The notes: a model not told the origin generated them from the sequence alone. A stretch of DNA of 64,000 nt from Hydrogenophilales bacterium (GCA_902601765.1 CACKOO010000002.1:28130-92129); one strand, 5' to 3'. Shown: positions 1 through 10,407, numbered from the stretch's first letter. Translations and numbers: made by a program.

Positions 1-620
1 AAGACCCAAGAGACGTATTTATTTCAAACAATGCTACAAATGTTCTGGCTTTATCGAATGGGGGGGTAGTTGGGACTTCTAGCTTTCGCAGAAGTAGTCA
101 GATTTTGCTGAAATACCCGCATGTTAGAATCGCACCTTTAAGAGGTAATTTAGAGACGCGCTTAAAAAAATTAGATGATGGGAAATTTGACGGTATAGTA
201 TTGGCCGCGGCAGGAATCAAAAGGCTAGAAATGTCATACCGAATATCCAGCTTTTTAGAACTTGATGAATGTTTGTCGGCAGTCGGTCAGGGAGCAATTG
301 GAGTGGAATGTTTACAAGAAAGGTATGATTTGTCTGAACTTTTGGGTGCCTTGGAACATCCGGCTAGCCGGTGGTGCATTGAGGCCGAAAGAGCAATGTC
401 TCGAGAGTTAGGGGGGAATTGTAATTTTCCTATTGCTGGTTATGCCTGCATTATAGGATCAGAGGCTTTCCTGAAAGGTTTTGTGGGACATCCTGATGGA
501 TCTGAATTCGTGGCCGAAGAGGGTCGCCAGAATTTTGAAGAAAATCCTAAAAATTTGGGTAAAAACGTTGCGAAGAGCTTGATTGAAAAAGGTGCACTTG
601 ATTTGCTAGCTAAATTATAA
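1..620 (+). CDS. hemC: porphobilinogen deaminase (hydroxymethylbilane synthase), C-terminal part; 5' end outside window
   Basis: Reading frame 3 is open from the window edge. Translation DPRDVFISNN..VGTSSFRRSSQ..LRGNLETRLKKLD matches the conserved HemC core (GTSSxRR, LRGNxxTRL). It is followed by hemD-hemX-hemY. Confidence 0.9.
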   Translation, partial: DPRDVFISNNATNVLALSNGGVVGTSSFRRSSQILLKYPHVRIAPLRGNLETRLKKLDDGKFDGIVLAAAGIKRLEMSYRISSFLELDECLSAVGQGAIGVECLQERYDLSELLGALEHPASRWCIEAERAMSRELGGNCNFPIAGYACIIGSEAFLKGFVGHPDGSEFVAEEGRQNFEENPKNLGKNVAKSLIEKGALDLLAKL

Positions 621-1387
621 TGATGCCGCAGAACATAGACAAAAAATTGTCAGGGGTAAAAATAGCGGTTACGCGACCAACCATTTACTCTGATTTTTTG
701 GTAAGAGAAATCAGGAATATAGGGGGTGCGCCTGTTTTTATGCCGGCTATCGAAATTAGCCCGATGGTAAAGAATCATTCTAACATTTACGCACTGGCCC
801 AAGCTGACCATATTATTTTTATCAGTCGTAGCGCAGCTAGGATTGGGGCTTCTTGGTTTTTAGAAATTGGGAAATCATTTGCAGGAACCAGGGTTTATGC
901 TATCGGAGGTGGTACTGAGTCTGAGTTATTAAAGTTAGGATTCAAAGATATTATTACTCCGAAAATCGGACACGATAGTGAGTCTTTGTTGGCTCTACCT
1001 AGTTTGCAAGCAGTAACCTCGAGTAAGATTACTATAGTAAGAGGGCAAGGAGGAAGAGAAAAGCTTGAGCAGATATTAACTGCAAGAGGAGCTTACGTAG
1101 ATTATTTAGAATGCTATAAACGTGAAAAGCCAGCTTGGCGCCCTAGTGTAATTAGAGCGGTCAACAGAAAAAAAATAGGAGCTTGGTTGGCGACCAGCGG
1201 TGAAATCATCGATAATATATTTGCTATGGAAAAAATTTTAGATCTTCAGGTTGTCCGTCAAACTCCTTGGTTTGTTACTCATCCTCGGCTAAGCATCTCA
1301 GCTCTTAGTAGGTATAAAGTAAATAGAGTTTTTGTTACCCAAAACGGCGATATTGGGTTAATCAACTGTTTGAAAGTGTGGTTCTAA
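620..1387 (+). CDS. hemD: uroporphyrinogen-III synthase
   Basis: 255-aa ORF that starts inside the hemC stop (TAATG). The conserved position between hemC and hemX and the N-terminal KIAVTRP segment fit HemD. Similarity was judged by eye only. Confidence 0.8.
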   Translation: MMPQNIDKKLSGVKIAVTRPTIYSDFLVREIRNIGGAPVFMPAIEISPMVKNHSNIYALAQADHIIFISRSAARIGASWFLEIGKSFAGTRVYAIGGGTESELLKLGFKDIITPKIGHDSESLLALPSLQAVTSSKITIVRGQGGREKLEQILTARGAYVDYLECYKREKPAWRPSVIRAVNRKKIGAWLATSGEIIDNIFAMEKILDLQVVRQTPWFVTHPRLSISALSRYKVNRVFVTQNGDIGLINCLKVWF

Positions 1388-1421
1388 TTTGCGGTTAGCT
1401 TATGGTAATTTATCCTAAAAA

Positions 1422-2453
1422 ATGAAAAATACGGAAAAAGATAAACAAATAAAGGAGCAAGAAAGGGCGAACCGCATCCCAAGAGTTATCGTTTTTTCGA
1501 TAACCATCTTATTTTTTCTCTCGCTAGCTGGTTTAGCTCTCTCGATCTATCAGTGGGTCGAATTGAGAAACAAACTTATTGTTACAAATGATGAGAATAT
1601 GATGCTAAAGGTGACTAACAGTAAATTTAAAGAGGAGGTTACTATTCTTATTCGTAAGAATACGGAGCTGGTAGAAAATTTAAATTTAAGGTTTAGTGGG
1701 ATGAGCGTGGATATTGCAGAGCTAAAAAATCAAAGGTTAGCCTTAGACTCGCTCTACAAAAAATTGAATGATTCAAAGTTAGCATGGACTCTGGGTGAGG
1801 TTGAACACGCGTTGGTCATCACAGAGCAACAATTAGCATTCTCAGGAGATATTTCCTCTGCATTAACGACGTTAAGTAAAATTACAAATGTAATTGATGC
1901 AAGTGGGATATTGGAGTTAGCGAACATAAAAAATTTAATCGAAGATGATATCAAAAGATTAACTAAATTGAACACCATCGACGTACTAGCTATCTCCAAA
2001 AAGCTTGACAGGGTGATAAATGAAATAAAAATTTTGCCACTCGAGATCATGAAGATAGACCAAAGCAAAAATTCTAGTTTTTCAGCTCCCAATTTGTCTG
2101 ATATTAACGTATCTTTTGTTGCGAGCATTTGGGAAAAAATTACGGGTATGATTCGGGTTGACAAGTACTCATCAGGCGACCTTTTGATACTGGACAAAGA
2201 ACAAGATTTCTTATTTAGAGAAAATCTAAAAATCAGATTATTGTCAGCCCGTTTGGCATTAATGCTCGGTAAGGGCGATATGTTTATAAATGAATTAAAG
2301 GTAGTAAAAGATCTTATTGGAAAAGCTTTTGACTTAACATCGCAACCCGCTATTGCGGCGGAGAAATTATTGATTTCGTTGATTGAAAAGTCAGGCAATA
2401 TACAAATACCTAGTATTCAAAATACAATTGATGTGGTCAGACAATCTTATTGA
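1422..2453 (+). CDS. hemX: HemX-family membrane-anchored protein (annotated historically as uroporphyrin-III C-methyltransferase)
   Basis: One N-terminal TM helix (VIVFSITILFFLSLAGLALSIY) is followed by a long coiled-coil-like region. The gene sits in the conserved hemC-D-X-Y position. Confidence 0.7.
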   Translation: MKNTEKDKQIKEQERANRIPRVIVFSITILFFLSLAGLALSIYQWVELRNKLIVTNDENMMLKVTNSKFKEEVTILIRKNTELVENLNLRFSGMSVDIAELKNQRLALDSLYKKLNDSKLAWTLGEVEHALVITEQQLAFSGDISSALTTLSKITNVIDASGILELANIKNLIEDDIKRLTKLNTIDVLAISKKLDRVINEIKILPLEIMKIDQSKNSSFSAPNLSDINVSFVASIWEKITGMIRVDKYSSGDLLILDKEQDFLFRENLKIRLLSARLALMLGKGDMFINELKVVKDLIGKAFDLTSQPAIAAEKLLISLIEKSGNIQIPSIQNTIDVVRQSY

Positions 2454-2463
2454 CGGGTTTTTT

Positions 2464-3648
2464 ATGCGATGGATTTTTATTTTTTGTTTGGGTTTTTTGG
2501 GGATTGTTATTCTCTGGTTTTTAGTTCATCAAAATAATGGAACTGTTATTTTCTTAATGCCGCCTTACCGTGTCGAGGTTGCTGCTACTTTAGCAATTTG
2601 CGGGGTTCTGTTCTTTTTTATGATCCTCAATGTTTCATTGAAAGTTTGCTTTTTATTGTTTAATTTGCCGACTATACTCAAAAAAAATCGAACAAAGAAG
2701 AAAATGGAAACTGCAATGAATGGTTTTGTTCAAAGCGTCAAATACTGGATGCAAGGGTCACATGAAAAATCTTTAAGTGAGCTTAAAAAAGTACTTAAAA
2801 ACGGATATGCTAAGGAGGTCACCCAGGCGTTTGCGTTTCTATTGTCAGATAAACTAGGTCGAGCTGAAGAACGAGATCGCTATATCAAAGATCTGCGGGA
2901 GGCTTTCCCCGAGGAAGCAGCTTTGATCGGTTTTATAGAGGCTAAGTCGGCGTTCGATAAGAATAATTTCGAGTGTGTCCTGCGTATTTTGGCTGACGGG
3001 AGGAGTTTGAAAGAAAAACCATCTTCCGAACTTCGGTTGTTACTAATAGCTAACAAACAGACGGAAAATTTTAAAGAAGCCTTCGACATGGCAGAAATAT
3101 TGGTCCGCAGGGGTGATCTAGACTTTTCCAAGAGGGATGAAATAGTTCTGTTGAAGGCCCAAAAAGAGCTAGTCTTGAGGGCTGGTAAAGTCGATGAGCT
3201 CAAGAAATATTGGGAGAAAATTCCAAAGAAGGCAAAATCGAGCAAAGAAGCTGTGCTAATTGTATTGCATCATCTTTTGAAAAGTGAGGAATACACGTAT
3301 GCAAAGAAGTTAGTTGAAAGTTCACTTGATGAGATTTGGGACGCCGAAGTATTAATGCATTATCCGGTATGTTGTAGTAATTCTTTTAAGTCAGGCTTAG
3401 AGAGGTGTGAGCGGTGGCTCATAAATAACCCTGAAGATCCAGATTTGCTTCGTATTTTAGGGGAGCTTTGTATCATGGGAAGAATTTGGGGTAAGGCCGG
3501 TAGCTACCTAAAAAAAAGCTCAGATATTAAAAGAAATCCACTCACTTGTTGGCAGCTTGCAAAGCTATATGAGAAGACGAATAGAAAAGAACTGGCGGCG
3601 GAATCTTATAAGAAAGGGTTGGCCTTGGTTACTGGTCAACCGCTTTGA
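2464..3648 (+). CDS. hemY: HemY-family protein (two N-terminal TM helices plus TPR-like domain)
   Basis: The start is moved from 2383 to ATG 2464 (MRWIFIFCLGFLGIVILWFLV). HemY proteins begin directly at TM1, and this choice removes a 70-nt overlap with hemX. The C-terminal helical repeats fit HemY. Confidence 0.75.
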   Translation: MRWIFIFCLGFLGIVILWFLVHQNNGTVIFLMPPYRVEVAATLAICGVLFFFMILNVSLKVCFLLFNLPTILKKNRTKKKMETAMNGFVQSVKYWMQGSHEKSLSELKKVLKNGYAKEVTQAFAFLLSDKLGRAEERDRYIKDLREAFPEEAALIGFIEAKSAFDKNNFECVLRILADGRSLKEKPSSELRLLLIANKQTENFKEAFDMAEILVRRGDLDFSKRDEIVLLKAQKELVLRAGKVDELKKYWEKIPKKAKSSKEAVLIVLHHLLKSEEYTYAKKLVESSLDEIWDAEVLMHYPVCCSNSFKSGLERCERWLINNPEDPDLLRILGELCIMGRIWGKAGSYLKKSSDIKRNPLTCWQLAKLYEKTNRKELAAESYKKGLALVTGQPL

Positions 3649-3749
3649 TGTTTTTTTAATGAGTTAAGTACTGAGTTGGGGTCAGTCTGGCTATAGATAT
3701 AAATTATCCTTAGCACAAGAATTAGTCGACCAAAAGTTCACTAAATCAT

Positions 3750-4757
3750 TCAAGGTGCCGGTGTGAAAACGTCGGAAAAAAAGTGGTTTTCGGGCAAATC
3801 ACGTTTTTCAGTAAAATCTTTTTGAGCTGCTTCAACCATTTCTGGTGCCCCACAAGCATACACTTGGTAGTTTTTGAGCGATGGGTGGTCATCCATCACA
3901 GCCATATGAACAAACCCGCATCTTCCCAGCCATTTATCGGTCGGTTTTGCATCTGATATAACAGGGATAAAGTTGAAATTTGTATGCTGGACACTCCATT
4001 TTTCAGCCAATCCTTGTAAATAAAGATCTTGAGGCTTCCGTCCTCCCCAATATAATGTTAGTTGTCTCTCGGTTTTATCGATAAATAGTTGTTCTATTAT
4101 ACTTTTTATCGGAGCAAACCCAGTACCACTAGCAAGAAATATTGTAGGTTTTTCCGACGAGTGGTCGAAACAAAAATTACCGAGTGGTCCCTCGAATCTC
4201 AAGATGTCCTTCACTTTCATTTGATGAAAAGCGTATTCGGTAAAGCGTCCTTTGTTCATTCGCCTGATGTGCAGTTCGATCCGTTTACTATCGTCCGAGA
4301 CGTTTGCCATAGAATAGCTGCGGCGTTTCCCATCTTTCATTAGTATGTCGACGTATTGGCCGGGCTTAAACTGAAAGTTATGACTAGTTGGTAGTTTCAA
4401 ATCCATTATAATGACGTCAGGTGCAATTTGCTTGATAGCTTGAACTCGGCAAGGAAGTTTTTTAACAATGGGGGAATCGTTGTTAAGTGTTAATGTATTA
4501 ATTATTAGGTCAGATTTTGCGGTGGCCTGACAAAATAGAGCATAGCCTTGCTCTTTTTCTGTCTCGGATAGTACGAACGGTTTTGCATTACCATGGTCCA
4601 CGCTACCGTCAATGACTTTACCTTTACAGCTCCCACAGTTCCCGCTTAAGCAACCAAATGGCATCTCTATTTTGTTACGAAGAGCACCGTCGAGAATAGT
4701 TTCCTCCTCCTCGACAGAAAATTTTCTTCCTAAAGATTTGAAATCAATTTCGAACAT
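3750..4757 (-). CDS. 2Fe-2S ferredoxin / FNR-type flavin reductase fusion (CDP-6-deoxy-delta-3,4-glucoseen reductase-like oxidoreductase)
   Basis: The N-terminus has a plant-type ferredoxin Cys pattern (CLSGNCGSCKG ... LFCQA). It also carries an RRSYSMAN (RxYS) FAD motif and a GTGFAPIKS NAD(P)H motif. Confidence 0.75.
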   Translation of the reverse strand: MFEIDFKSLGRKFSVEEEETILDGALRNKIEMPFGCLSGNCGSCKGKVIDGSVDHGNAKPFVLSETEKEQGYALFCQATAKSDLIINTLTLNNDSPIVKKLPCRVQAIKQIAPDVIIMDLKLPTSHNFQFKPGQYVDILMKDGKRRSYSMANVSDDSKRIELHIRRMNKGRFTEYAFHQMKVKDILRFEGPLGNFCFDHSSEKPTIFLASGTGFAPIKSIIEQLFIDKTERQLTLYWGGRKPQDLYLQGLAEKWSVQHTNFNFIPVISDAKPTDKWLGRCGFVHMAVMDDHPSLKNYQVYACGAPEMVEAAQKDFTEKRDLPENHFFSDVFTPAP

Positions 4758-4814
4758 AATTTGTTACCAAAGTTATATACTAAGTCTTGTGATATTTTTT
4801 TGTGGACCAATTTG

Positions 4815-5678
4815 ATGAGACGCCTGTTGTTGATAGGTTGTGGAGACGTTGCTTTGAGGGTTGCTGAAAAGCTGCGGAGCAAGTACCTTATTTTCGCTTT
4901 GACTCGTCACGCCCAAAAACGTTCTATTTTCAGAAAAAGGGGGCTTATTCCCTTGCTCGGTGATCTGGACGATAAACCATCTTTACGCAAATTAGCTGGA
5001 ATTTCTCACGACATATTACATCTTGCTCCTCCATATTCTTCAAGTTCACGCGATAACCGCACATGTAATCTTTTGCGAGCATTAAAATCGTCGGGAATGT
5101 TACCACAACGGTTGATATATATCAGTACAAGTGGGGTATATGGTCATGCAAATGGAAATTTTGTAAGTGAGTTAACCAGACCGAATCCAACTTCGCAGAG
5201 GGCTGTTCGGCGTCTTGATGCTGAACTTCGTCTAAGAGATTTTGGTAGGAAGTTTGGAGTGGGCGTGTCAATACTTAGGGTTCCAGGAATTTACTCTAAA
5301 GATCGTTTACCATTGAAGACATTGAATCAGAATATTCCTTTGATCAAGCCCAGCCAAGATTCATACAGTAACCATATTCATGTAACTGATTTGGTGGACA
5401 TAATTATCGCAACTTTAAGGAAAGGGAAACCAGGACGTCTCTATAATGTTTGTGATGACTCTAATTTAAAATTCGGTGAATATTTTGATATTGCTGCAAA
5501 ACTGCTCGGCTTTGAAAAACCAAAAAGATTAAGTTTTTCAGAGGTGGAAAAGTGTGTTCCACATTCCATATTTTCATTTATCAAAGAATCTAGACGGTTA
5601 GATAATCAGAGGCTGAAGAAAGAATTGATAAATAAACTAAATTTTCCGCTAGTTATCGACGGTATGCTTCATAAATAA
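4815..5678 (+). CDS. NAD(P)-binding Rossmann protein, SDR/epimerase-dehydratase family
   Basis: N-terminal LLLIGCGDVALRV dinucleotide-binding motif. The start is set at ATG 4815 because the track start at 4761 adds a non-homologous leader that runs into the divergent gene. Confidence 0.6.
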   Translation: MRRLLLIGCGDVALRVAEKLRSKYLIFALTRHAQKRSIFRKRGLIPLLGDLDDKPSLRKLAGISHDILHLAPPYSSSSRDNRTCNLLRALKSSGMLPQRLIYISTSGVYGHANGNFVSELTRPNPTSQRAVRRLDAELRLRDFGRKFGVGVSILRVPGIYSKDRLPLKTLNQNIPLIKPSQDSYSNHIHVTDLVDIIIATLRKGKPGRLYNVCDDSNLKFGEYFDIAAKLLGFEKPKRLSFSEVEKCVPHSIFSFIKESRRLDNQRLKKELINKLNFPLVIDGMLHK

Positions 5679-5706
5679 GCCAGGATTCATTAAAGTAGGG
5701 AACTCT

Positions 5707-6045
5707 ATGGAAAATTACACGATTATTCAAACATGCACATCCTTTCCAACAAAATCGCGAGCCTTTGAAATTGCGAAGTTGTTTGTTGCCGAGCGTTCGG
5801 TAGCTTGCGCTCAGATAAGTGATAATACTATGTCTATTTATCATTGGAACGGAGTGTTCAATCAAGATAAAGAGGTTTTAATGACGCTTAAAACTCCGAG
5901 GTCTATGTATAAAGAGGTCGAGAGTAGGATTATGGAGCACCATCCATATGTAAATCCAGAGATTATCGGAATTCCTGTCATTATGGGTAGTGAAAAGTAT
6001 ATGTCATGGTTACGCAAGCAAAGTACTGAAAGACGTGACGGGTGA
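5707..6045 (+). CDS. cutA: divalent-cation tolerance protein CutA
   Basis: 112 aa. VACAQIS..SIYHWNG....EVLMTLKT matches the CutA1 signature. It lies upstream of a dsbD-type gene, as in E. coli. Confidence 0.85.
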   Translation: MENYTIIQTCTSFPTKSRAFEIAKLFVAERSVACAQISDNTMSIYHWNGVFNQDKEVLMTLKTPRSMYKEVESRIMEHHPYVNPEIIGIPVIMGSEKYMSWLRKQSTERRDG

Positions 6046-6470
6046 TTCCAACCGCAAAGTTTGCTGGATTCGCTTTTGTTTTGGCATTCTTAAATGGAGC
6101 GATGGCCTCTGAAACGGCAACCTTATCTCCAAAGCAGGCTTTCAAGATATATTGTCAGTTGGAACAAAGCAAGAAGATCTTGGTTCGCTACGAAATAGAG
6201 GACGGATATTATTTGTATAAAACAAAATTTAAATTCGAATTGCCTTCAAAGCAAGATGGCCTTAGTGAACCGTTATTTTCTTTGGGAGAACAATATACGG
6301 ATGAGTTTTTTGGAGACATGGAGGTTTTTCGTAAAAAGGTTGAAATATCTATGACACTCATTACGGACTTTAATGGTCCTTTCGAGTTAAGAGTTACCGC
6401 ACAAGGTTGTTCTGATCACGGGATTTGTTTCTTGCCTTTTGTAGAGATAATAGAGATGTATAGGTTTTGA
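6042..6470 (+). CDS. stand-alone periplasmic DsbD N-terminal (alpha) domain protein
   Basis: GTG start overlaps the cutA stop. It has a signal peptide (MIPTAKFAGFAFVLAFLNGAMA). DGYYLYK, DEFFG and QGCSDHGICFLP align with the E. coli DsbD alpha domain, including both redox Cys. The ORF ends right after this domain. Confidence 0.75.
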   Translation: MIPTAKFAGFAFVLAFLNGAMASETATLSPKQAFKIYCQLEQSKKILVRYEIEDGYYLYKTKFKFELPSKQDGLSEPLFSLGEQYTDEFFGDMEVFRKKVEISMTLITDFNGPFELRVTAQGCSDHGICFLPFVEIIEMYRF

Positions 6471-6509
6471 GCTTTCTCATCGCCTGGTCTAAGACGCAAA
6501 AGGTTTACA

Positions 6510-7016
6510 ATGTTTTTAAAATTTAAAAGGTTGATATATTTTATATCACTCACTTTTTTGGGAGTTTTATTTTACCTTTGGAGCGACTCGTCCTCGCAGG
6601 ATCCTTTTTCCGTACTGAAGATGGAGATGGAAGACATATATGGCGAAACTGTAAAACTGGAAAATTTTAGAGGCAAAATTGTGGTTATAAATTTTTGGGC
6701 CACTTGGTGCGCGCCTTGCATCAGAGAAATCCCCTTATTAATAAAATTGCAAAACCGAAAGTCGTCAAAAGACCTTCAAGTTTTAGGAATTGGAATAGAT
6801 CATGTTGCTAAAATGCGTAAATTTGCAGAAACTAACAACGTCAATTATCCAATGTTAAATGGTAAAATTCGAGGGATAGACATGTCTATAAAGCTTGGAA
6901 ACTCGGTGGGAGGTATTCCTTTCACGGTCATTTTAAATAGAAAAGGCAAAGTAGTTAAACAGATCGCCGGTGAGATCAACGAATCCACACTTAAAAATAT
7001 TGAGTTAATTGAATGA
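6510..7016 (+). CDS. membrane-anchored TlpA/DsbE-family thiol:disulfide oxidoreductase
   Basis: One N-terminal TM helix is followed by a thioredoxin fold with FWATWCAPCIRE (WCxPC) and GIPFTVILNRKG motifs. Confidence 0.8.
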   Translation: MFLKFKRLIYFISLTFLGVLFYLWSDSSSQDPFSVLKMEMEDIYGETVKLENFRGKIVVINFWATWCAPCIREIPLLIKLQNRKSSKDLQVLGIGIDHVAKMRKFAETNNVNYPMLNGKIRGIDMSIKLGNSVGGIPFTVILNRKGKVVKQIAGEINESTLKNIELIE

Positions 7017-7189
7017 AATTAACCTTAAAATAATGTAAAAATGTAATACGTCTGATGATATGTTGCTAAAATCTGTTTATTCGTATTAATTCTTTACAAC
7101 TATTGAGTAGTAAGTTGTCATTAGCATAAAAGCTTGTATAGTGTAGTTAAAATTGATTAAAATCGGCTAAGATTGGAGAAAAAACCAAA

Positions 7190-7636
7190 ATGTCGGAAAA
7201 AATTTTAGTTTTACATGGTCCCAATTTAAACCTGTTAGGCGTTAGGGAACCTTCTGTCTATGGGGATCAGACTTTGTCTCAAATTAATGCGAGCTTGGAA
7301 AAAATCGCAGGTAACAATGCTGTTATTTTGGATATTTACCAAAGTAACGCCGAGTCAGATCTTATAGATAAGGTGCACGAAACTTTAGAAAAGAATTACC
7401 AATTTTTAATAATAAATCCAGCTGCTCTGAGCCATACGAGTGTAGCGCTCAGGGATGCCATATCTGGAGTAAAGATTCCATTTGTTGAAGTTCATCTTTC
7501 AAATATTCATTCCAGAGAGCCGTTTAGGGGGCATTCGTATTTCAGTGACATAGCTGAGGCGGTAGTTTGTGGTTTAGGTGATTTCGGGTATCAGGCTGCC
7601 CTCCAATATGCCGTTAAACATGTCAAGAGAAATTAA
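7190..7636 (+). CDS. aroQ: 3-dehydroquinate dehydratase, type II
   Basis: [21 protein letters not shown] and HLSNIHSRE motifs. 148 aa. Confidence 0.95.
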   Translation: MSEKILVLHGPNLNLLGVREPSVYGDQTLSQINASLEKIAGNNAVILDIYQSNAESDLIDKVHETLEKNYQFLIINPAALSHTSVALRDAISGVKIPFVEVHLSNIHSREPFRGHSYFSDIAEAVVCGLGDFGYQAALQYAVKHVKRN

Positions 7637-7639
7637 CAT

Positions 7640-8092
7640 ATGGATTTGCGTAAATTAAAAAAATTGATAGATTTGGTGCAACAATCGGGCATCGCGGAGC
7701 TTGAAATCACAGAGGGTGAGGAAAAAGTCAGAATTAGTCGCAAGGTTGAGGTTACTGACGGAGGCTTAACTCTACCGCCCGTAGCGGCCAAGACAACCCA
7801 ATTGACGCCTATTGCCCCGGTCGCCCAAAAAGACGACGTGCGCAAAGAACCTGATGAGGATAAATCAGTAAAGTCTCCTATGGTTGGGATGTTTTACAGG
7901 GCATCAGGGCCAAATGAGACGCCGTTTGTTGAAATTGGTCAAAAAGTAAACGCTGGGGACACTTTATGCATAATCGAAGCGATGAAACTAATGAACGAGA
8001 TTGAATCAGACGTTAATGGCGTAGTAAAAAAAATATATGTTGAAAATGGGCAGGCTGTGGAGTTCGGTCAGCCACTACTTTTAATAGAATAA
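7640..8092 (+). CDS. accB: acetyl-CoA carboxylase biotin carboxyl carrier protein
   Basis: C-terminal biotinyl domain with an [10 protein letters not shown] attachment motif. It lies directly upstream of accC. Confidence 0.95.
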   Translation: MDLRKLKKLIDLVQQSGIAELEITEGEEKVRISRKVEVTDGGLTLPPVAAKTTQLTPIAPVAQKDDVRKEPDEDKSVKSPMVGMFYRASGPNETPFVEIGQKVNAGDTLCIIEAMKLMNEIESDVNGVVKKIYVENGQAVEFGQPLLLIE

Positions 8093-8124
8093 AAGAAGCG
8101 TAGGCAACACGGTAACTATATACG

Positions 8125-9468
8125 ATGTTTAATAAGGTTCTAATTGCTAACCGCGGTGAAATCGCTTTAAGAATCCAGAGGGCTTGCAGGGAGTTAGGAA
8201 TCAAAACGGTTGCGGTATATTCCCAAGCTGACGCTGACGCTAAGTATGTGAGGTTGGCTGACGAATCAGTGTGTATCGGTCCTCCGAGTAGTGCTGATTC
8301 CTATCTCAACATTCCCGCAATTATTAGCGCGGCTGAGGTAACTAATGCTGAGGCTATTCACCCGGGTTATGGTTTTTTGTCAGAAAACGCTGATTTTGCG
8401 GAGCGGGCGCAACAAAGTGGCTATGTTTTTATCGGACCAAAACCAGAGACCATAAGATTAATGGGAGATAAAATTAGCGCAAAAATAGAGATGGTTGATT
8501 CTAATGTCCCAGTGGTTAAAGGTAGTAAAGGGGTACTCCCTGATGATTCAAAATTGGTAATGGCAACTGCTGAGGAATTAGGGTACCCGGTGCTAATTAA
8601 AGCTGCCGGAGGAGGAGGAGGCAGGGGCATGCGAGTAGTTGAACGAGGTGCTGATTTGATTTCTTCTGTAGCAATGACTCGACAGGAAGCTGAGTCGGCT
8701 TTTGGTAATGGTGCTCTCTATATGGAAAAATATCTCGCTAATCCGCGTCATATTGAAATCCAAGTCATGGCAGATTGTGTGAATAATGCTGTATCCCTTG
8801 GCGATCGTGATTGCTCGATGCAAAGGCGCCATCAAAAAATCATAGAGGAAGCGACGGCTCCGTTGGTGTCGACGGATGCAAAACAAATGATAGGACAGAA
8901 GTGTGTGGATGCATGCAAAAAAATGGGCTACATCGGAGCTGGAACCTTTGAGTTTCTTTTTGAAGATGGTGAGTTTTATTTTATTGAAATGAATACAAGA
9001 TTGCAGGTTGAACACCCAGTAACAGAAATGATTACCGGACAAGACTTAGTCAAACTCCAGATCAAAGTAGCCGCTGGCGAAAAATTAGGTCTATTACAAA
9101 AAGATATTGGATTTAATGGTCATGCAATAGAGTGTCGTATTAATGCTGAAAATGCTAAAAACTTTCGTCCATGTCCAGGACAAATCACCGAGTGGCATGC
9201 CCCTGGTGGTCCGGGAATTCGAGTTGACTCCCACGTTTATAACAATTACTTCGTCCCACCGTACTATGATTCAATGATAGCGAAAATTATAGCGCACGGA
9301 AAGGACCGTGGTGAAGCTATTAGTAGAATGCAGATAGCACTTTCAGAAATGGTTATTGAGGGCATCGATACAAATATAGAGTTACATAGAGAGTTATTAG
9401 GAGATGGTAATTTTTTATCTGGAGGAACAAGTATCCATTACTTAGAGAAAAAGCTTGGTAGGGCGTAA
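8125..9468 (+). CDS. accC: acetyl-CoA carboxylase biotin carboxylase subunit
   Basis: [18 protein letters not shown]-terminus, an ATP-grasp glycine loop ([14 protein letters not shown]) and an [14 protein letters not shown] motif. Confidence 0.97.
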   Translation: MFNKVLIANRGEIALRIQRACRELGIKTVAVYSQADADAKYVRLADESVCIGPPSSADSYLNIPAIISAAEVTNAEAIHPGYGFLSENADFAERAQQSGYVFIGPKPETIRLMGDKISAKIEMVDSNVPVVKGSKGVLPDDSKLVMATAEELGYPVLIKAAGGGGGRGMRVVERGADLISSVAMTRQEAESAFGNGALYMEKYLANPRHIEIQVMADCVNNAVSLGDRDCSMQRRHQKIIEEATAPLVSTDAKQMIGQKCVDACKKMGYIGAGTFEFLFEDGEFYFIEMNTRLQVEHPVTEMITGQDLVKLQIKVAAGEKLGLLQKDIGFNGHAIECRINAENAKNFRPCPGQITEWHAPGGPGIRVDSHVYNNYFVPPYYDSMIAKIIAHGKDRGEAISRMQIALSEMVIEGIDTNIELHRELLGDGNFLSGGTSIHYLEKKLGRA

Positions 9469-9511
9469 TTTTTTTCGAGACAACAAGGTAGCTAGTACTA
9501 ATTTATGGACA

Positions 9512-10405
9512 ATGGTTAGGCTAGAACTTTTGTCTGAAGATGTGGCCACCGTCGAAGAAATTTTGTTTGAGGAGGGAGCTACATCGATAGATTTAGGTGA
9601 TGGATATTTGGATGGTATTTCGGAGAAACCCATTTATGAGAAAGTTGACTATGATGATCAATTGCGATGGGACCAAGTAGTTCTATTGGCAATTTTTCCA
9701 CATGATGAGGAGATAATAACAAGATTACAGTTAGCGTTTGAAAAATGTGGTTTAGATGCTACCTGTATAAAAAATCAACAGTCTTTCCCAGATAGAGACT
9801 GGGTTTTATCCTCGCGACAACAATTTCCAATAAGTAAAATAACCAAAAATTTTTGGGTTGTACCCAGTTGGGAAAAGGAAAAGATTATCGGTGAGGACGA
9901 TATCGTATCGTTAATAATTGATCCTGGGGCGGCTTTTGGTACCGGCTCACACGCGACGACTAGGCTCTGCCTCTCTTGGTTAGTAAAACACCCCCCGTCT
10001 AACCGTAAAGTCATCGATTATGGTTGCGGATCAGGAATTCTTGGAATAGCCGCCAAAAAGTTGGGAGCATCAAGTGTTATTGGATATGACATTGACGAGG
10101 AGGCTATATTTACAGCTCAACAAAATTCAAAAATAAATCTTGTAGAAGTGGAGGTGAGAAGTGTGAATCAAGAAGTGACGGAAACTTGCGACTTGTTGGT
10201 AGCGAATATATTGACTAATCCATTAATTGTCTTAGCTCCTCTGTTTGCCTCACTCGTGGTTGATGACGGAAAATTGATTCTCTCCGGGATATTAAGACAG
10301 CAAGAAAACCTTATAATCTCAGCTTTTAATCCTTGGTTCTCATTTCCAGACTATTGGGAAAAAGATGGTTGGCTATTGTTACAAGGAACAAGGAAAAAGG
10401 TGTAA
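9512..10405 (+). CDS. prmA: ribosomal protein L11 methyltransferase
   Basis: DPGAAFGTGSHATTRLCL and DYGCGSGILGIAA SAM motifs. The start is uncertain. ATG 9512 is chosen, TTG 9455 inside accC is the alternative, and the conserved Trp sits 2 codons upstream of 9512. Confidence 0.9.
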   Translation: MVRLELLSEDVATVEEILFEEGATSIDLGDGYLDGISEKPIYEKVDYDDQLRWDQVVLLAIFPHDEEIITRLQLAFEKCGLDATCIKNQQSFPDRDWVLSSRQQFPISKITKNFWVVPSWEKEKIIGEDDIVSLIIDPGAAFGTGSHATTRLCLSWLVKHPPSNRKVIDYGCGSGILGIAAKKLGASSVIGYDIDEEAIFTAQQNSKINLVEVEVRSVNQEVTETCDLLVANILTNPLIVLAPLFASLVVDDGKLILSGILRQQENLIISAFNPWFSFPDYWEKDGWLLLQGTRKKV

Positions 10406-10407
10406 CT

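Noticed and set aside
1754-2398. 214-aa ORF antisense to hemX
   Set aside because: It lies entirely inside a well-supported gene. Its translation is low-complexity and S/I/F/N-rich. The open antisense frame is explained by the scarcity of Tyr/His/Gln codons in this coiled-coil part of hemX. It has no SD and no recognisable motif.
3617-3657. Possible terminator at the end of hemY (GGTTGGCC..9 nt..GGTCAACC, then a T-run)
   Set aside because: The stem contains a G-U pair and lies within the coding sequence. The T-tract starts 8 nt after the stem. This is too weak to call.
8593-9042. 149-aa ORF antisense to accC
   Set aside because: accC is unambiguous and highly conserved. The antisense translation shows no family features.
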